Assembly: GCA_025056655.1 (NCBI GenBank) | Contig: JANWVL010000110.1 | Location: forward strand, 10,035-74,034 | Direction: 5' to 3' | Source of the DNA: Candidatus Methylacidiphilales bacterium | GTDB lineage: Bacteria; Verrucomicrobiota; Verrucomicrobiia; Methylacidiphilales; JANWVL01 | DNA length: 64,000 nucleotides | Shown here: piece after piece, positions 15,471-25,870 of the stretch | Numbering within the stretch: position 1 is the stretch's first letter | Layout: each line of letters begins with the position of its first letter | Notes under the pieces: model-generated | What the model saw: only the letters and a program-made list of their open reading frames with translations | Told to the model about the DNA's origin: nothing | Databases searched by the model: none | Program-made: the position numbers and the translations under genes

Positions 15471-17102
15471 TTAATAATCCATGCCGTCCATCCCGCCGCC
15501 ACCTCTTGCAGGTGTATTCTTTTCCTTTTCAGGAATCTCCGTTACTACCGCTTCGGTTGTGAGCAGTAAACCGGCGATTGAGGCTGCATTTTGCAAGGCA
15601 CAGCGAGTCACCTTTGTGGGGTCAACGACTCCTGCCTTGAACATATCGACATACTCGCCGGTAGCGACGTTGTAACCCTCGCTGCCTTTGCGAGCTTTCA
15701 CTTCATTTACCACGACGCTGCCTTCACCACCTGCGTTAGCGACAAGTGTGCGAAGAGGAGCCTCTACCGCTCGGCGTATGATGTCGACTCCGATCTGCTC
15801 ATCACCTTCGGCCTTGACTTTATCCAAAGCCGCTTGAGCACGGATCAGCGCTACACCTCCGCCGGGGACGATGCCTTCCTCAACCGCGGCGCGTGTCGCG
15901 TGCAGAGCATCCTCGACGCGAGCTTTCTTTTCTTTCATCTCGGTCTCGGTCGCTGCTCCGACATTGATTACAGCGACACCACCTGCGAGCTTGGCGAGGC
16001 GTTCTTGGAGTTTCTCGCGATCGTAATCGCTGGTTGTGTCGTCGATTTGTTTACGGATCTGAGCGATGCGGCCTTTGATGTCCTCTTCTCTACCTGCACC
16101 TTCGATGATGGTGGTGTTTTCTTTTTCAACGACGACGCGTTTGGCGCGGCCGAGATCTTCCAGGGTGATATTTTCTAATTTAATCCCTAGATCTTCAGTG
16201 ATGCAGCGGCCACCCGTGAGGATCGCGATGTCTTCGAGGATCGCTTTGCGGCGATCGCCGAAGCCCGGAGCTTTGACGGCACAGACTTGGAGTGTGCCAC
16301 GGAGCTTATTCACCACGAGGGTCGCTAACGCCTCACCTTCGACGTCCTCTGCTATGACGAGAAGAGGCTTCCCTGCTTTGGCAATTTTCTCAAGCAAGGG
16401 TAGTAGATCCTTGAGGTTGGAGATCTTCTTCTCGTGGATGAGAATGTAAGCGTTTTCGAGTTGTGCCTCAAGGGTCTCCGGATTCGTCACGAAGTAAGGT
16501 GAGAGGTAGCCTTTGTCAAATTGCATTCCTTCCACCACTTCAAATGTGGTCTCGATGCTTTTGGCTTCCTCAACTGTGACGGTGCCGTCTTTTCCGACTT
16601 GCTCGAGGGCATCGGCTATGATTTCACCGATCTGCCTATCCCAGTTGGCTGAGACTGTGGCGACTTGCCGTATTTCGTCTTTGTTTTTGACCTCCTTTGA
16701 AATAACTTTGAGTTCCTTGACGATGGCATCAACGGCTTTGTCGATGCCGCGTTTGATCTCAGTGGGATTTGCGCCTGCTGTGACGTTCTTCAGGCCTTGC
16801 TTGTAGATTGCTTCGGCAAGAACGGTGGCTGTGGTGGTGCCGTCTCCAGCGACGTCGCTTGTCTTGGAGGCGACTTCACGGACGAGTTGAGCACCGATGT
16901 TTTCGAATGGATCTTCAAGCTCGATTTCTTTGGCAACCGTTACCCCATCCTTGGTGATAATGGGAGAGCCAAATTTTTTATCGAGCACGACGTTACGTCC
17001 AGAGGGGCCTAAGGTCGCTTTGACGGCTGCTGCTAGTTTTTCAACGCCGCGCGCGAGCGCGTGACGTGCGGATTCATCGAATAGAATTTGTTTTGCTGGC
17101 AT
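15471..17102 (-). CDS. groL: chaperonin GroEL
   Basis: 543 aa with [83 protein letters not shown] and a C-terminal [10 protein letters not shown] tail. Confidence 0.98.
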   Translation of the reverse strand: MPAKQILFDESARHALARGVEKLAAAVKATLGPSGRNVVLDKKFGSPIITKDGVTVAKEIELEDPFENIGAQLVREVASKTSDVAGDGTTTATVLAEAIYKQGLKNVTAGANPTEIKRGIDKAVDAIVKELKVISKEVKNKDEIRQVATVSANWDRQIGEIIADALEQVGKDGTVTVEEAKSIETTFEVVEGMQFDKGYLSPYFVTNPETLEAQLENAYILIHEKKISNLKDLLPLLEKIAKAGKPLLVIAEDVEGEALATLVVNKLRGTLQVCAVKAPGFGDRRKAILEDIAILTGGRCITEDLGIKLENITLEDLGRAKRVVVEKENTTIIEGAGREEDIKGRIAQIRKQIDDTTSDYDREKLQERLAKLAGGVAVINVGAATETEMKEKKARVEDALHATRAAVEEGIVPGGGVALIRAQAALDKVKAEGDEQIGVDIIRRAVEAPLRTLVANAGGEGSVVVNEVKARKGSEGYNVATGEYVDMFKAGVVDPTKVTRCALQNAASIAGLLLTTEAVVTEIPEKEKNTPARGGGGMDGMDY

Positions 17103-17137
17103 AAGGTGTGTTCTCCTTTCTGAGGTTGAGGTTTATG

Positions 17138-17434
17138 TTATTGCAAAATGGCGAGTATGTCGTCTTCACGGAGTAGTTGATAGATTTCTCCGTCAATCTT
17201 GACCTCCGTCCCGCCATATTTGCTGATGAGAACGCGATCCCCTTCTTTGACTTCAAAGGGGAGGCGTTTGCCGTTGTCGTCGAGTTTGCCCGAACCAAGG
17301 GCAATGACTGTGGCCTCTTGAGGTTTTTCTTTAGCGGTGTCGGGGATGATAATCCCGTTTTTTCTGACTTCTTGCTCGGCGTCGGGTTTTACCAGGATCC
17401 GATCGCCGATAGGTTTAATATTGGGTTTTGCCAT
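17138..17434 (-). CDS. groS: co-chaperonin GroES
   Basis: 98 aa. [12 protein letters not shown]...[23 protein letters not shown]...[35 protein letters not shown]. It lies 35 nt upstream of groEL. Confidence 0.97.
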   Translation of the reverse strand: MAKPNIKPIGDRILVKPDAEQEVRKNGIIIPDTAKEKPQEATVIALGSGKLDDNGKRLPFEVKEGDRVLISKYGGTEVKIDGEIYQLLREDDILAILQ

Positions 17435-17597
17435 AGGTGTAAGGTTGTTTTGGGGTTGGTTATTCAGGTTGTTTTTTATTCTCGCTTGGGCAGTAGATAA
17501 GGCCGTAGCGAGATGGGGCGCGAATCGGCACCCGCCGGCGCGCCGGTATTAAATTGAAGTTGCTGGGATGACGAAGATAGAGGTTGTTGCGCATGGT

Positions 17598-19499
17598 TTA
17601 TTTTTTGTCGTCAACAATCTCAAAATCGTCGTTAGATTTGGTTGAAGTGGTGTTTCCACCTCCCGAAAATGTCTGGGCAGATGCTTGTTGGTAGAGTTCT
17701 GCTGAGACGGCTTGTATTTTTTGATTGAGATCGTCGGTAGCTCGCTTGATGGCATCGGTGTCATCGCCTTTCAGAGTTTCTTTGAGGTGAGCGATTGCGT
17801 TTTCGATTTCCGTTTTGCGGTTGCTGGGAATCTTTGCTCCGAGCTCGCGCAAGGTCTTTTCTGCTAGGTAAGCAGTGCTGTCACCTTGGTTGCGGATTTC
17901 TGATCTTTCACGAGCGGCTTTATCGCGTGCAGCGTTGATTTCGGCTTCTTTTATCATGCGCTCGATTTCTTCTTTGCTCAGGCCGCTGGAGCCTGTGATG
18001 GAGATTTTTTGTTCCTTCCCTGTGCCAAGGTCTTTGGCGGAGACGTGGAGTATGCCGTTTGCGTCGATGTCGAAGGTCACTTCAATTTGTGGAACTCCTC
18101 GTGGGGCTGGGGGAATGCCGTCAAGATGGAAGACGCCGAGTAGTTTGTTGTCGCGCGCCATGGGGCGTTCGCCTTGGAGAACTTTGATCTCAACTCCTGG
18201 TTGGTTATCGGAATAGGTGCTGAATATCTGAGATTTCTTTGTGGGGATGGTTGTGTTGCGGGGAATCATGGGAGTAGCGATTCCTCCGGCTGTCTCGATG
18301 GCAAGGGTGAGGGGGGTGACGTCGAGCAGCAAGACGTCTTTGACGTCGCCTTTGATCACGCCAGCCTGGATGGCGGCTCCGATTGCTACGACTTCATCGG
18401 GATTAACGCCTTTATGAGGCTCTTTCCCTATGAGGCGGCGTGCTGTTTCGATGATTTTGGGCATGCGTGTCATGCCTCCGACGAGGACGAGCTCGTGGAT
18501 GTCGTTAATTGTAAGCTTGGCATCTTGGAGGCAGTTTTTAACAGGAGCAATTGTGCGCTCGGCGAGGTGGTCTGTGAGTTGCTCGAGTTTGGCACGAGTG
18601 AGTTTCTTTTGAATGTGCTTTGGGCCGGTTTGGTCAGCGGTTATGAATGGAAGATTGATTTCATATTCCAACGTCGAAGAGAGGGCGATCTTGGCCCGCT
18701 CTGCTTCTTCTTTTAGACGTTGCATGGCATCTGGCTGACGACGTAAATCGATTCCCTCTTCCCTCTGAAATTCTGTCACTAGCCAGTCTATGATGGCATT
18801 GTCCCAATCATCTCCACCCAGGTGTGTGTCGCCGTTGGTCGCTTTTACTTCAAAAACTCCGTCGCCTATTTCTAGGATGGAGATGTCGAACGTGCCGCCT
18901 CCTAGGTCATAGACTGCGATCTTTTCGTCTTTCTTGCGGTCTAGGCCATAGGCGAGGGAGGCAGCCGTAGGCTCATTGATGATGCGAAGGACTTCAAGGC
19001 CTGCGATCTTGCCGGCGTCTTTAGTAGCTTGGCGCTGGCTGTCGTTGAAGTATGCTGGGACTGTGATGACAGCCTGGGTGACTGGCTCTCCTAGCTTGGC
19101 TTCAGCGTCGGCTTTGAGTTTAGCGAGGATAAAAGCCGAGATTTCTTGTGGAGAGTAAACCTTGCGTTGCCCAGCGATCTCTACCTCGATGTGGGCGTCT
19201 CCGTTGGGAGCGGGGACGACTTTGTAGGGGACGCGTTTGATTTCGTCTTGGACTTCTGAAAATTTGCGTCCCATGAAGCGTTTTACTGAAAAAATGGTGT
19301 TTCGTGGGTTGGTGACGGCTTGCCTCTTGGCAGCTTGCCCGACGAGGCGCTCACCTGTCTTGGTGAAGGCAACGACAGAGGGAGTGGTGCGTGCGCCTTC
19401 GGAGTTTTCTAGGACAACTGGCTGGCCGCCTTCCATGACGGCCATGCAGGAATTGGTGGTGCCGAGGTCGATTCCGAGAATTCTAGCCATAACGCTCAA
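17598..19499 (-). CDS. dnaK: molecular chaperone DnaK (Hsp70)
   Basis: 633 aa with the Hsp70 signatures [27 protein letters not shown] and [13 protein letters not shown]. Confidence 0.98.
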   Translation of the reverse strand: MSVMARILGIDLGTTNSCMAVMEGGQPVVLENSEGARTTPSVVAFTKTGERLVGQAAKRQAVTNPRNTIFSVKRFMGRKFSEVQDEIKRVPYKVVPAPNGDAHIEVEIAGQRKVYSPQEISAFILAKLKADAEAKLGEPVTQAVITVPAYFNDSQRQATKDAGKIAGLEVLRIINEPTAASLAYGLDRKKDEKIAVYDLGGGTFDISILEIGDGVFEVKATNGDTHLGGDDWDNAIIDWLVTEFQREEGIDLRRQPDAMQRLKEEAERAKIALSSTLEYEINLPFITADQTGPKHIQKKLTRAKLEQLTDHLAERTIAPVKNCLQDAKLTINDIHELVLVGGMTRMPKIIETARRLIGKEPHKGVNPDEVVAIGAAIQAGVIKGDVKDVLLLDVTPLTLAIETAGGIATPMIPRNTTIPTKKSQIFSTYSDNQPGVEIKVLQGERPMARDNKLLGVFHLDGIPPAPRGVPQIEVTFDIDANGILHVSAKDLGTGKEQKISITGSSGLSKEEIERMIKEAEINAARDKAARERSEIRNQGDSTAYLAEKTLRELGAKIPSNRKTEIENAIAHLKETLKGDDTDAIKRATDDLNQKIQAVSAELYQQASAQTFSGGGNTTSTKSNDDFEIVDDKK

Positions 19500-19651
19500 G
19501 GAATAGCAAACTATAGGCCAACATGGCTTATATTAGCTAAGTGCCTGTCTACAAAAAGCTTGTGTAGCCTTCGCTAATGGCAGTTCTGAGTCCAGTTGTG
19601 CCAAAGTGGCTCAGATAGTGTGACGTATTGGCTCAGAAAGTGCTATCCAGA

Positions 19652-20434
19652 TTACATGCGAGACTGCTCGTAGATAGGGAGCACTTGCGGAATTAGAGCT
19701 TGGATGCGTTGTATCCGCTCAGAATCAGCTGGATGAGAGCTCAGCCAAAGGGGTGGACGTGGTTTGTTGGCGGTGGCTTTGACCATGCGTTGCCAAAATT
19801 TTAGGGCCTCGCGAGGATCGTAGCCGGCTTTGGCCATGTAGTGTAGGCCTAGAGCGTCAGCTTCGCGCTCATGCTGACGACTAAAGGCGAGAATCCCTAG
19901 GCCTGTCATGATGCCAAAAGATTGCATAAAAATTTGTTGCTTTCGTCGGTCTTGACCTCCGATGCTGGCACCGAGGAGACCGCCTACAAGAGCGGCTGTC
20001 ATTTGCTGAGTCATGCGTTGCCCTCCGTGACGCTGAGAGACGTGAGCGCATTCATGGCCGATGACTGTCGCAAGACCTGCTTCATTCTCTGCAAGGGCGA
20101 TGAGGCCCGTGTGCACGCCGATTTTTCCGCCAGGCAAAGCAAATGCATTCGGGTCTTCGTCTTCAAAAACCTCATAATCCCACTGTGTAGCTCCTGCAGT
20201 GACATGAGGAGTGATGCGGTTGACGACACGTGCCACGAGGGCTCGGGCTTTGGGGTCGTTGCTTATTTTTTGCGAGCGTCGCAGCTGGTTAAAAGCTGCA
20301 AAGCCCATTTGAGCTTCTTGTTGCGGGGTGAACATGATGAAGGCTTGTTTGCCCGTGTCGGGAAGTGTGACACAGGCTGCCAACAAAATCACAACTAGCC
20401 ATAAGGGAATAATTACTGTCAGCCACTTTCGCAT
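19652..20434 (-). CDS. M48-family zinc metallopeptidase, probable lipoprotein
   Basis: 260 aa. The signal/lipobox-like N-terminus is MRKWLTVIIPLWLVVILLAAC. An HExxH motif sits in VIGHECAHVSQRH, and the downstream ErEADalG motif (HEREADALGLHYMAKAGYDP) is typical of M48 peptidases such as YcaL/BepA. Confidence 0.85.
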   Translation of the reverse strand: MRKWLTVIIPLWLVVILLAACVTLPDTGKQAFIMFTPQQEAQMGFAAFNQLRRSQKISNDPKARALVARVVNRITPHVTAGATQWDYEVFEDEDPNAFALPGGKIGVHTGLIALAENEAGLATVIGHECAHVSQRHGGQRMTQQMTAALVGGLLGASIGGQDRRKQQIFMQSFGIMTGLGILAFSRQHEREADALGLHYMAKAGYDPREALKFWQRMVKATANKPRPPLWLSSHPADSERIQRIQALIPQVLPIYEQSRM

Positions 20435-20593
20435 GGATCGAAATTATAAGGTAATAGTTTTTTTGAGAAGCTGATTGTGCATGATTGCCCACAATTGTGC
20501 GCTTATGGTTTAAGCTCGGAATTTTTATATGGATAAAATTAAAAAACAACTTGTCTTGAAAAGGCTAGTCTGAAAAATTCGAAGTTGTTTGAT

Positions 20594-22336
20594 ATGGCAT
20601 CTACCCTGACACACGAAGAGACCAAAAAGGAGATAAAGAAAGTTGTCCTTGGTAAAGAGATCACCACAGACTCACGAAGAGTAAACGAGTGGGTGAGCGC
20701 GGTATGTGCAGTGCTTGTTTTCATCGGCGGTATTTTCGCATTTGTTGTTGGCAATGAGAAGCCAGACAAGCTTTTTTGGGATGAAAACTACTACCTCTCT
20801 TTCGTTGAAAAATATCTACACGGCACATTCTTCATGCATGCACATCCGCCACTGGCAATAATGTTTTTGGCTCTTGGGGAGAAGTTGCTCAATCCCAATA
20901 AAGACATAGACAAAAAGTGGATACACGATAACGATTTCGTCGACCGTGTCCCGCCAGGTTATTCATTCAAGGGTGTGCGGTTTTTCCCCGGTCTTTTCGC
21001 AGCAGGCGTTGGAGTGCTGATTTTTTTAATAATCTACCGAGTCACAAAGCATCATTTCACGTCGGTAGGCTTTGCAGCCATTTATTTAATGGACACCGCA
21101 GGCATTTGTCACCATCGAGCTGCAATGTTGGATTCGACGCTGATCTTTTTCATCTTACTGGCCGTTTGGAAATTTATCGACATGGTGCTTAAGCCCAAGA
21201 CCACTCACGCGGACTATATTATCCTGGGTTTCTCTGTGGGATTGGCTATGGCAACAAAATTCACAGCTTGGTTTTTGTTAATTTTGCCGGTCTTGATTTA
21301 TCTAAAACAGCGCTGGCGCTTTATCCGCTGGCATATCCGTATGGCCTTTCAACTTGTCCTTATTCCCTTACTTACCATTAACCGAGCTGAAAAAGAAAAA
21401 AATAAGGGCACACGGCAGATGTATTGGGAAATGTTTTTTATCCGCGGGGCGCGGGATGCAGTAGTTTTCATCGTGCCTCTTCTCATATCCTTTTTAGGGG
21501 TCTGGACGATACATATTAAATTGACGCCTAACCCCGTTGGCAATCTCTACTCTGCATCGGATTACTATAAAGAGAAGATTTTGGCGGGGCAGGGAGGCAG
21601 CATATTCGTTCTACCGGTGGCCATTCTAGATAACATAAAGTATGGATATAAGCTGCATACTGATATTGCTCCATTGAGCTACGACAATCCCAATGAGATG
21701 GGCAGCCATCCTTTGTTCTGGCCGCTAGGGATACGATCGATTAGTTATCGCTGGGACTCTCAAGGGGACGAAGTCCGATACAAAAGGCTCGTCGCTAATC
21801 CATTCACTTGGTCAGTCGGCCTGATTGGGTTGATCATGTCGATGACGATGCTTTTGGGCCGAATATTTTACGGAATCGTCCCTAAAGATCGCCTGATTGC
21901 AAACGCAATCTGCATGATGATGTGGATGTGGTTAGCCTACATGCTGCCTCTCTACGGGCTAGAGCGCGTCATGTATCTCTACCACTATTTTCCGCCGCTG
22001 ATTTTCACCTACATCATGGCGGGGCTCGTCTTCTACTACATATTTTACCGCTGCTTCCCGCGGATGACTTCATTCATACCAAATGTCATCCTGAGCCTGG
22101 CTTTAGTATTCGGCTTTTGGGTGATGAAACAATATCTCCCTTTGGCTATTCACGATCCGCCACTACGAGCTCATCAAGTGGAGCGCCTCGCAATCTTTAA
22201 GCCATGGAGACTGCAGCCTGCACCTGTGGGACAAGCTGCTCCTCAGCCGCCTCCCGCAGCCCAGGCTCCCGCGCCCACTGAAACTACTGTGCAAGAGGCA
22301 CCTCAACCCCCGCCGAATCCAGCGCCCTCAAAATAA
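20594..22336 (+). CDS. PMT/GT39-like phospholipid-carrier-dependent glycosyltransferase, polytopic, Pro/Ala-rich tail
   Basis: The N-terminal loop FWDENYYLSFVEKYLHGTFFMHAHPPLAIMFLALGEKLL resembles the DE-containing first loop of protein O-mannosyltransferase-like GT-C enzymes. The protein has more than 9 TM helices and the tail PQPPPAAQAPAPTETTVQEAPQPPPNPAPSK. The track start at 20585 is TTG, and an ATG lies at 20594. Confidence 0.7.
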   Translation: MASTLTHEETKKEIKKVVLGKEITTDSRRVNEWVSAVCAVLVFIGGIFAFVVGNEKPDKLFWDENYYLSFVEKYLHGTFFMHAHPPLAIMFLALGEKLLNPNKDIDKKWIHDNDFVDRVPPGYSFKGVRFFPGLFAAGVGVLIFLIIYRVTKHHFTSVGFAAIYLMDTAGICHHRAAMLDSTLIFFILLAVWKFIDMVLKPKTTHADYIILGFSVGLAMATKFTAWFLLILPVLIYLKQRWRFIRWHIRMAFQLVLIPLLTINRAEKEKNKGTRQMYWEMFFIRGARDAVVFIVPLLISFLGVWTIHIKLTPNPVGNLYSASDYYKEKILAGQGGSIFVLPVAILDNIKYGYKLHTDIAPLSYDNPNEMGSHPLFWPLGIRSISYRWDSQGDEVRYKRLVANPFTWSVGLIGLIMSMTMLLGRIFYGIVPKDRLIANAICMMMWMWLAYMLPLYGLERVMYLYHYFPPLIFTYIMAGLVFYYIFYRCFPRMTSFIPNVILSLALVFGFWVMKQYLPLAIHDPPLRAHQVERLAIFKPWRLQPAPVGQAAPQPPPAAQAPAPTETTVQEAPQPPPNPAPSK

Positions 22337-22340
22337 CTTT

Positions 22341-23126
22341 TCAAGCCTCTGCGGAACTTTTCGCCTCGGACCAAAGCTGGTCTATCTCCTCTTGAGAAGC
22401 CCGAGAGAGGTCCAGCTCTTTCTCTGCAGCCCTTTTTAGAAAAACAGCCAACCGAGCAGAAAACTTCTGGTTTGCCCGAGCAAGAGCGCTGTCGGCATCG
22501 ATGTTCAAACGGCGTGCAAGATTGATGAACGTAAAGAAAAGATCGCCTAGCTCTTCTTCAATTCTTTCGTGCTTAGCATCAGCGATGGCGCTATCGAGCT
22601 CATCTAATTCCTCTTTGATCTTGGGAATAATCGATTTTGCCTCTGGCCAATCGAGAAAATGTTGCGCAGCGATTTTTTGAAGTTTGAAGGCTCGTTGCAG
22701 AGGGGGGAGACCAGTCGGCAAAGATTGCAAAGGATCAGTGCGCTCTGGTTTTTCAGTTCTTTTGATAGCATTCCATTGAGTGAGCACTTCGTCGGCATTG
22801 CTCACCCGCTCCGATCCAAAAACGTGAGGATGTCTGCGGATTAGCTTCTGAGCAAGTGTCTGAACGATGTCGTAAAAATTAAATTTTCCTTTCTCACTCG
22901 CCATCTGAGCATGAAAGATTACATGCAACAGTAGATCTCCTGCTTCCTCCTTCATCTCTTCATAATCATCCCGATCGATGGCATCTATTAGTTCGTAGCA
23001 TTCTTCTATGAGATGTCCTTTGATACTTCGATGCGTCTGCTCCCGATCCCAAGGGCATCCGTCCGGCCCGCGCAGTCGAGCCATAATCTCCAACAAATCA
23101 TCCACACTATAAGGCGACTTCTTCAT
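22341..23126 (-). CDS. mazG: nucleoside triphosphate pyrophosphohydrolase MazG
   Basis: The tandem MazG domains are recognisable: GCPWDREQTHRSIKGHLIEECYELIDAI...EEAGDLLLHVIFHAQMA, and second-domain EEELGDLFFTFINLARRLNIDADSAL. The track start at 23141 is TTG, and an ATG lies at 23126. Confidence 0.9.
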   Translation of the reverse strand: MKKSPYSVDDLLEIMARLRGPDGCPWDREQTHRSIKGHLIEECYELIDAIDRDDYEEMKEEAGDLLLHVIFHAQMASEKGKFNFYDIVQTLAQKLIRRHPHVFGSERVSNADEVLTQWNAIKRTEKPERTDPLQSLPTGLPPLQRAFKLQKIAAQHFLDWPEAKSIIPKIKEELDELDSAIADAKHERIEEELGDLFFTFINLARRLNIDADSALARANQKFSARLAVFLKRAAEKELDLSRASQEEIDQLWSEAKSSAEA

Positions 23127-23137
23127 AATATAATACT

Positions 23138-23740
23138 TCAACTTCCAGGTTTTACTGCTGGAACAGCTCTTAAATCCGCAGGCAATTCATCGGCAGAAAA
23201 AGTCTCGGTGGGTAACCGAAGTAAATAATAAAACGGCACACCCCAATCTGGAACTTCTTCCTCCTCAGAGCGGCATACAAGACAAGCCACGCCAGTGATT
23301 TGGGCCCCAGCCTCCCGCACAATTTGAATAACCTCATTCACTGCACTACCAGTAGTCACCACATCCTCAGCAACAAGAAACTTCATGCCCGGTGCAATCT
23401 CAAAACGCCGCACAGCAAATCTCCCATCTTTTTTTTCAGCGAAGAAATGTGGTTTTTTTAATGCACGTGCAATTTCATGTCCTACTAAAAGACCCCCTAA
23501 GGCAGGCGAAATAACGTGAGAAAAGTTATCGTCACGAATTCTCTTAGCAAGTGCTTGGCATAATTTTTCAGCCAAAGAAGGATACTGAAGCACCTTAGCG
23601 CATTGAAAAAAAACTCGACTGTGACGTCCGGATCGCAGGATAAAATGGCCTTCCAGAAAAGCCCCGCATGATCGAAAAGTGTCGAGAATTTCGCCTTGCT
23701 CCATAAGAGCATTAGAATGCCTTATCACAGGGTTGTCCAT
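23138..23740 (-). CDS. pyrE: orotate phosphoribosyltransferase
   Basis: 200 aa. GAFLEGHFILRSGRHS is present along with the PRPP-binding loop FLVAEDVVTTGSAVNEV. An alternative ATG at 23704 would remove the 16-nt overlap with mutY. Confidence 0.85.
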   Translation of the reverse strand: MDNPVIRHSNALMEQGEILDTFRSCGAFLEGHFILRSGRHSRVFFQCAKVLQYPSLAEKLCQALAKRIRDDNFSHVISPALGGLLVGHEIARALKKPHFFAEKKDGRFAVRRFEIAPGMKFLVAEDVVTTGSAVNEVIQIVREAGAQITGVACLVCRSEEEEVPDWGVPFYYLLRLPTETFSADELPADLRAVPAVKPGS

Positions 23741-24765
23741 CCCATCTTGCGAATAAATTTTCTCGGAGCGGCGGCAAAGGGGAGGGCTTGAATTTCTTGA
23801 GGACTTAAAAGTGCCGCATTCGATCCAAAATCGTCAATGTGGGGCTTTCGACTACAAGCAATTATCTTAGCAGTAACGCGCGTATTAGAAATGCTAAAGC
23901 GTATCTCCTCCAACACCTTTTCAGCAATCATCTTATGTGGATCATAAGCCGGTAAAGTCCAAAGTCCTTGCAGCAATTTGTCATTAGAAGGTCTCTGGCA
24001 CCAAAGTTTCCCTTTTTCTACTAACCATGCCCAAGTCTCACTGCGGGACTTGGTGATTTTCTTCTTTGTTTTATAAACAAAACACGAAGGGCGTTTCTTT
24101 TGATTGAACTCGCAATCCTCATTCCATGGGCATTGCAAACAATCCGGAGATCGAGGCGTGCATAGAGTTGCTCCAAGCTCCATTAAAGCTTGATTGAAAT
24201 CACCACATTTTAAGCCTGAGCGAGGAAGCAGTTGTTGAATAAATGTTTCGACTTTCTTGTATCGCTCTCGGGTAGACGACGAAATATCTAAGCCCCACAC
24301 CCGCGATACGACACGGATTACATTACCATCTATAGCGGACACACGTTGACCAAAAGCAATGCTTGCCACTGCTCCTGCAGTATAAGGGCCGACGCCGGGT
24401 AATTCCATAAGTTCTTCACGTGTGCGAGGCAGCGTTTGATCTTCCCGTTGCACTACAATCCTTGCGATGGCAAGCAATGCTCGAGCTCGAGAGTAATATC
24501 CAAGCCCTTCCCACGCTTTGATCACCTCTTCCTCATTACTCTTTGCAAGAGAGTTCCAATCTGGCCAGCGATGCAACCATTTATGGTAGTAAGGAATAAC
24601 TGTTTTAACTTGCGTCTGCTGGAGCATCATCTCGGAAACCATGATGGCATAAGGATCCCGAGTGTGACGCCAGGGTAGATCGCGTTTATTTTTACGAAAC
24701 CAACGAAGAAGAAGCAGCGACAATTTTTTTACATTTTTCTCTTCGTTTTTCGTCGAAAAATCCAT
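23725..24765 (-). CDS. mutY: A/G-specific adenine DNA glycosylase MutY
   Basis: RDLPWRHTRDPYAIMVSEMMLQQTQVKTVIPYY, the HhH-GPD segment LPGVGPYTAGAVASIAFG, and an Fe-S cluster loop CTPRSPDCLQCPWNEDC are present, followed by a C-terminal NUDIX-like domain. The track start at 24786 is TTG, and an ATG lies at 24765. Confidence 0.9.
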   Translation of the reverse strand: MDFSTKNEEKNVKKLSLLLLRWFRKNKRDLPWRHTRDPYAIMVSEMMLQQTQVKTVIPYYHKWLHRWPDWNSLAKSNEEEVIKAWEGLGYYSRARALLAIARIVVQREDQTLPRTREELMELPGVGPYTAGAVASIAFGQRVSAIDGNVIRVVSRVWGLDISSSTRERYKKVETFIQQLLPRSGLKCGDFNQALMELGATLCTPRSPDCLQCPWNEDCEFNQKKRPSCFVYKTKKKITKSRSETWAWLVEKGKLWCQRPSNDKLLQGLWTLPAYDPHKMIAEKVLEEIRFSISNTRVTAKIIACSRKPHIDDFGSNAALLSPQEIQALPFAAAPRKFIRKMGWTTL

Positions 24766-24778
24766 AAACAACTCACGG

Positions 24779-25870
24779 ATGCACAAGGATAAAGAGACAA
24801 CTTTTACTTACAACCTTACTCTCTCTCAAATCGAGTTGCTCCGCAAAAAACTCGAAGAATACCATTTCGATATAGAACGTGCGCCCTACACCCACTTCAA
24901 GGCAAATGGAGATAAAGTCACTGTCTCAGCTTATGACTCCGGTGCAGTCGTTATCCAAGGCAAGGGAGCAAAAGATTTTGTTACGTTTATCCTCGAGCCT
25001 GATGTTCTGCAAAAAGCAACACTTGGATATGAGGAAATCCTTGAACCTGAACTTTTCGAGCCACATATCGGCGTGGACGAATGCGGGAAAGGCGATTTTT
25101 TTGGCCCACTGGTAGTCGCCGGAGTCTATACCGACGAAGAGACATCCCGTGCCTTAATGCAAGCCAGGATTCGCGACAGCAAAAAAATCAAAAGCGACAT
25201 GCAGGCCAAAAAATTAGCTCGTGAAATTAAGACAACTATAGGTTCTCAGAGCTTTAAAATTCTCGTCTTAATGCCGCTTCGCTACAGTGAACTTTATGCA
25301 GAGTTTAAAAATTTAAACCGTCTGCTTGCTTGGGCACATGCCACAGTAATCGAAGATCTCATTTTGCGTGCTCCCAAAGCACACTTCGCTCTATCGGACC
25401 AATTTGCAGATCCTATCGTCCTCGAGAAGGAACTTTTGCGTCGTCACAAAAAAATCCCTCTACGACAACGCACCAACGCAGAAAAAGATATAGCCGTTGC
25501 TGCCGCTTCGATACTTGCTCGAGCAGAATTCATCGATCGACTTCACCAACTCAGCCTCGAAGTAGGCGTTCCGCTTCCTAAAGGTGCCTCACAAGTAAAA
25601 GAAGCAGCGCTTGAAATTCTCCGAAAACATGGAGCTGATACCCTCGAGCGGCTTTGTAAGGTGCACTTTAAAACATATAACGAACTCCTTCAAGAATCCC
25701 TTCCCTTGTTAAGCCACGAGACAACAAATATTCCCCTTGGTGAGCAACCATGCATATCTCAATCTACAGAGTCTTCTAGCTACGGACCAACTACCGACAG
25801 TTTAGATTCTAAGGCCACAAAGATAGTGTCTGAAGCACAGCACGCACCTTCGGAACCTCATGAGTCCTGA
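24779..25870 (+). CDS. rnhC: ribonuclease HIII with low-complexity C-terminal tail
   Basis: An N-terminal DUF3378-like domain (YNLTLSQIELLRKKLEEYHF...VTVSAYDSGAVVIQGKG) precedes an RNase HII/HIII catalytic core (HIGVDECGKGDFFGPLVVAGVY, SDQFAD, IAVAAASILAR). The last ~60 aa are Ser/Thr/Glu-rich. Confidence 0.85.
   Translation: MHKDKETTFTYNLTLSQIELLRKKLEEYHFDIERAPYTHFKANGDKVTVSAYDSGAVVIQGKGAKDFVTFILEPDVLQKATLGYEEILEPELFEPHIGVDECGKGDFFGPLVVAGVYTDEETSRALMQARIRDSKKIKSDMQAKKLAREIKTTIGSQSFKILVLMPLRYSELYAEFKNLNRLLAWAHATVIEDLILRAPKAHFALSDQFADPIVLEKELLRRHKKIPLRQRTNAEKDIAVAAASILARAEFIDRLHQLSLEVGVPLPKGASQVKEAALEILRKHGADTLERLCKVHFKTYNELLQESLPLLSHETTNIPLGEQPCISQSTESSSYGPTTDSLDSKATKIVSEAQHAPSEPHES

Noticed and set aside
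17500-17545. GC-rich palindrome CCGGCGCGCCGG between dnaK and groES as a terminator
   Set aside because: The stem would be only 4 bp around a CGCG loop, and no T-tract follows on the transcribed (minus) strand.
15591-18716. Antisense ORFs within groEL (195 aa, 127 aa) and dnaK (180 aa, 113 aa)
   Set aside because: The sense frames are unambiguous, universally conserved chaperones. The antisense products have no recognisable features.
19598-19603. TGGCAC (minus strand) upstream of dnaK as a sigma-54 -24 element, prompted by rpoN in the window
   Set aside because: The required -12 TTGC(A/T) element five bases downstream is absent; the sequence there is AACTGGACTC.
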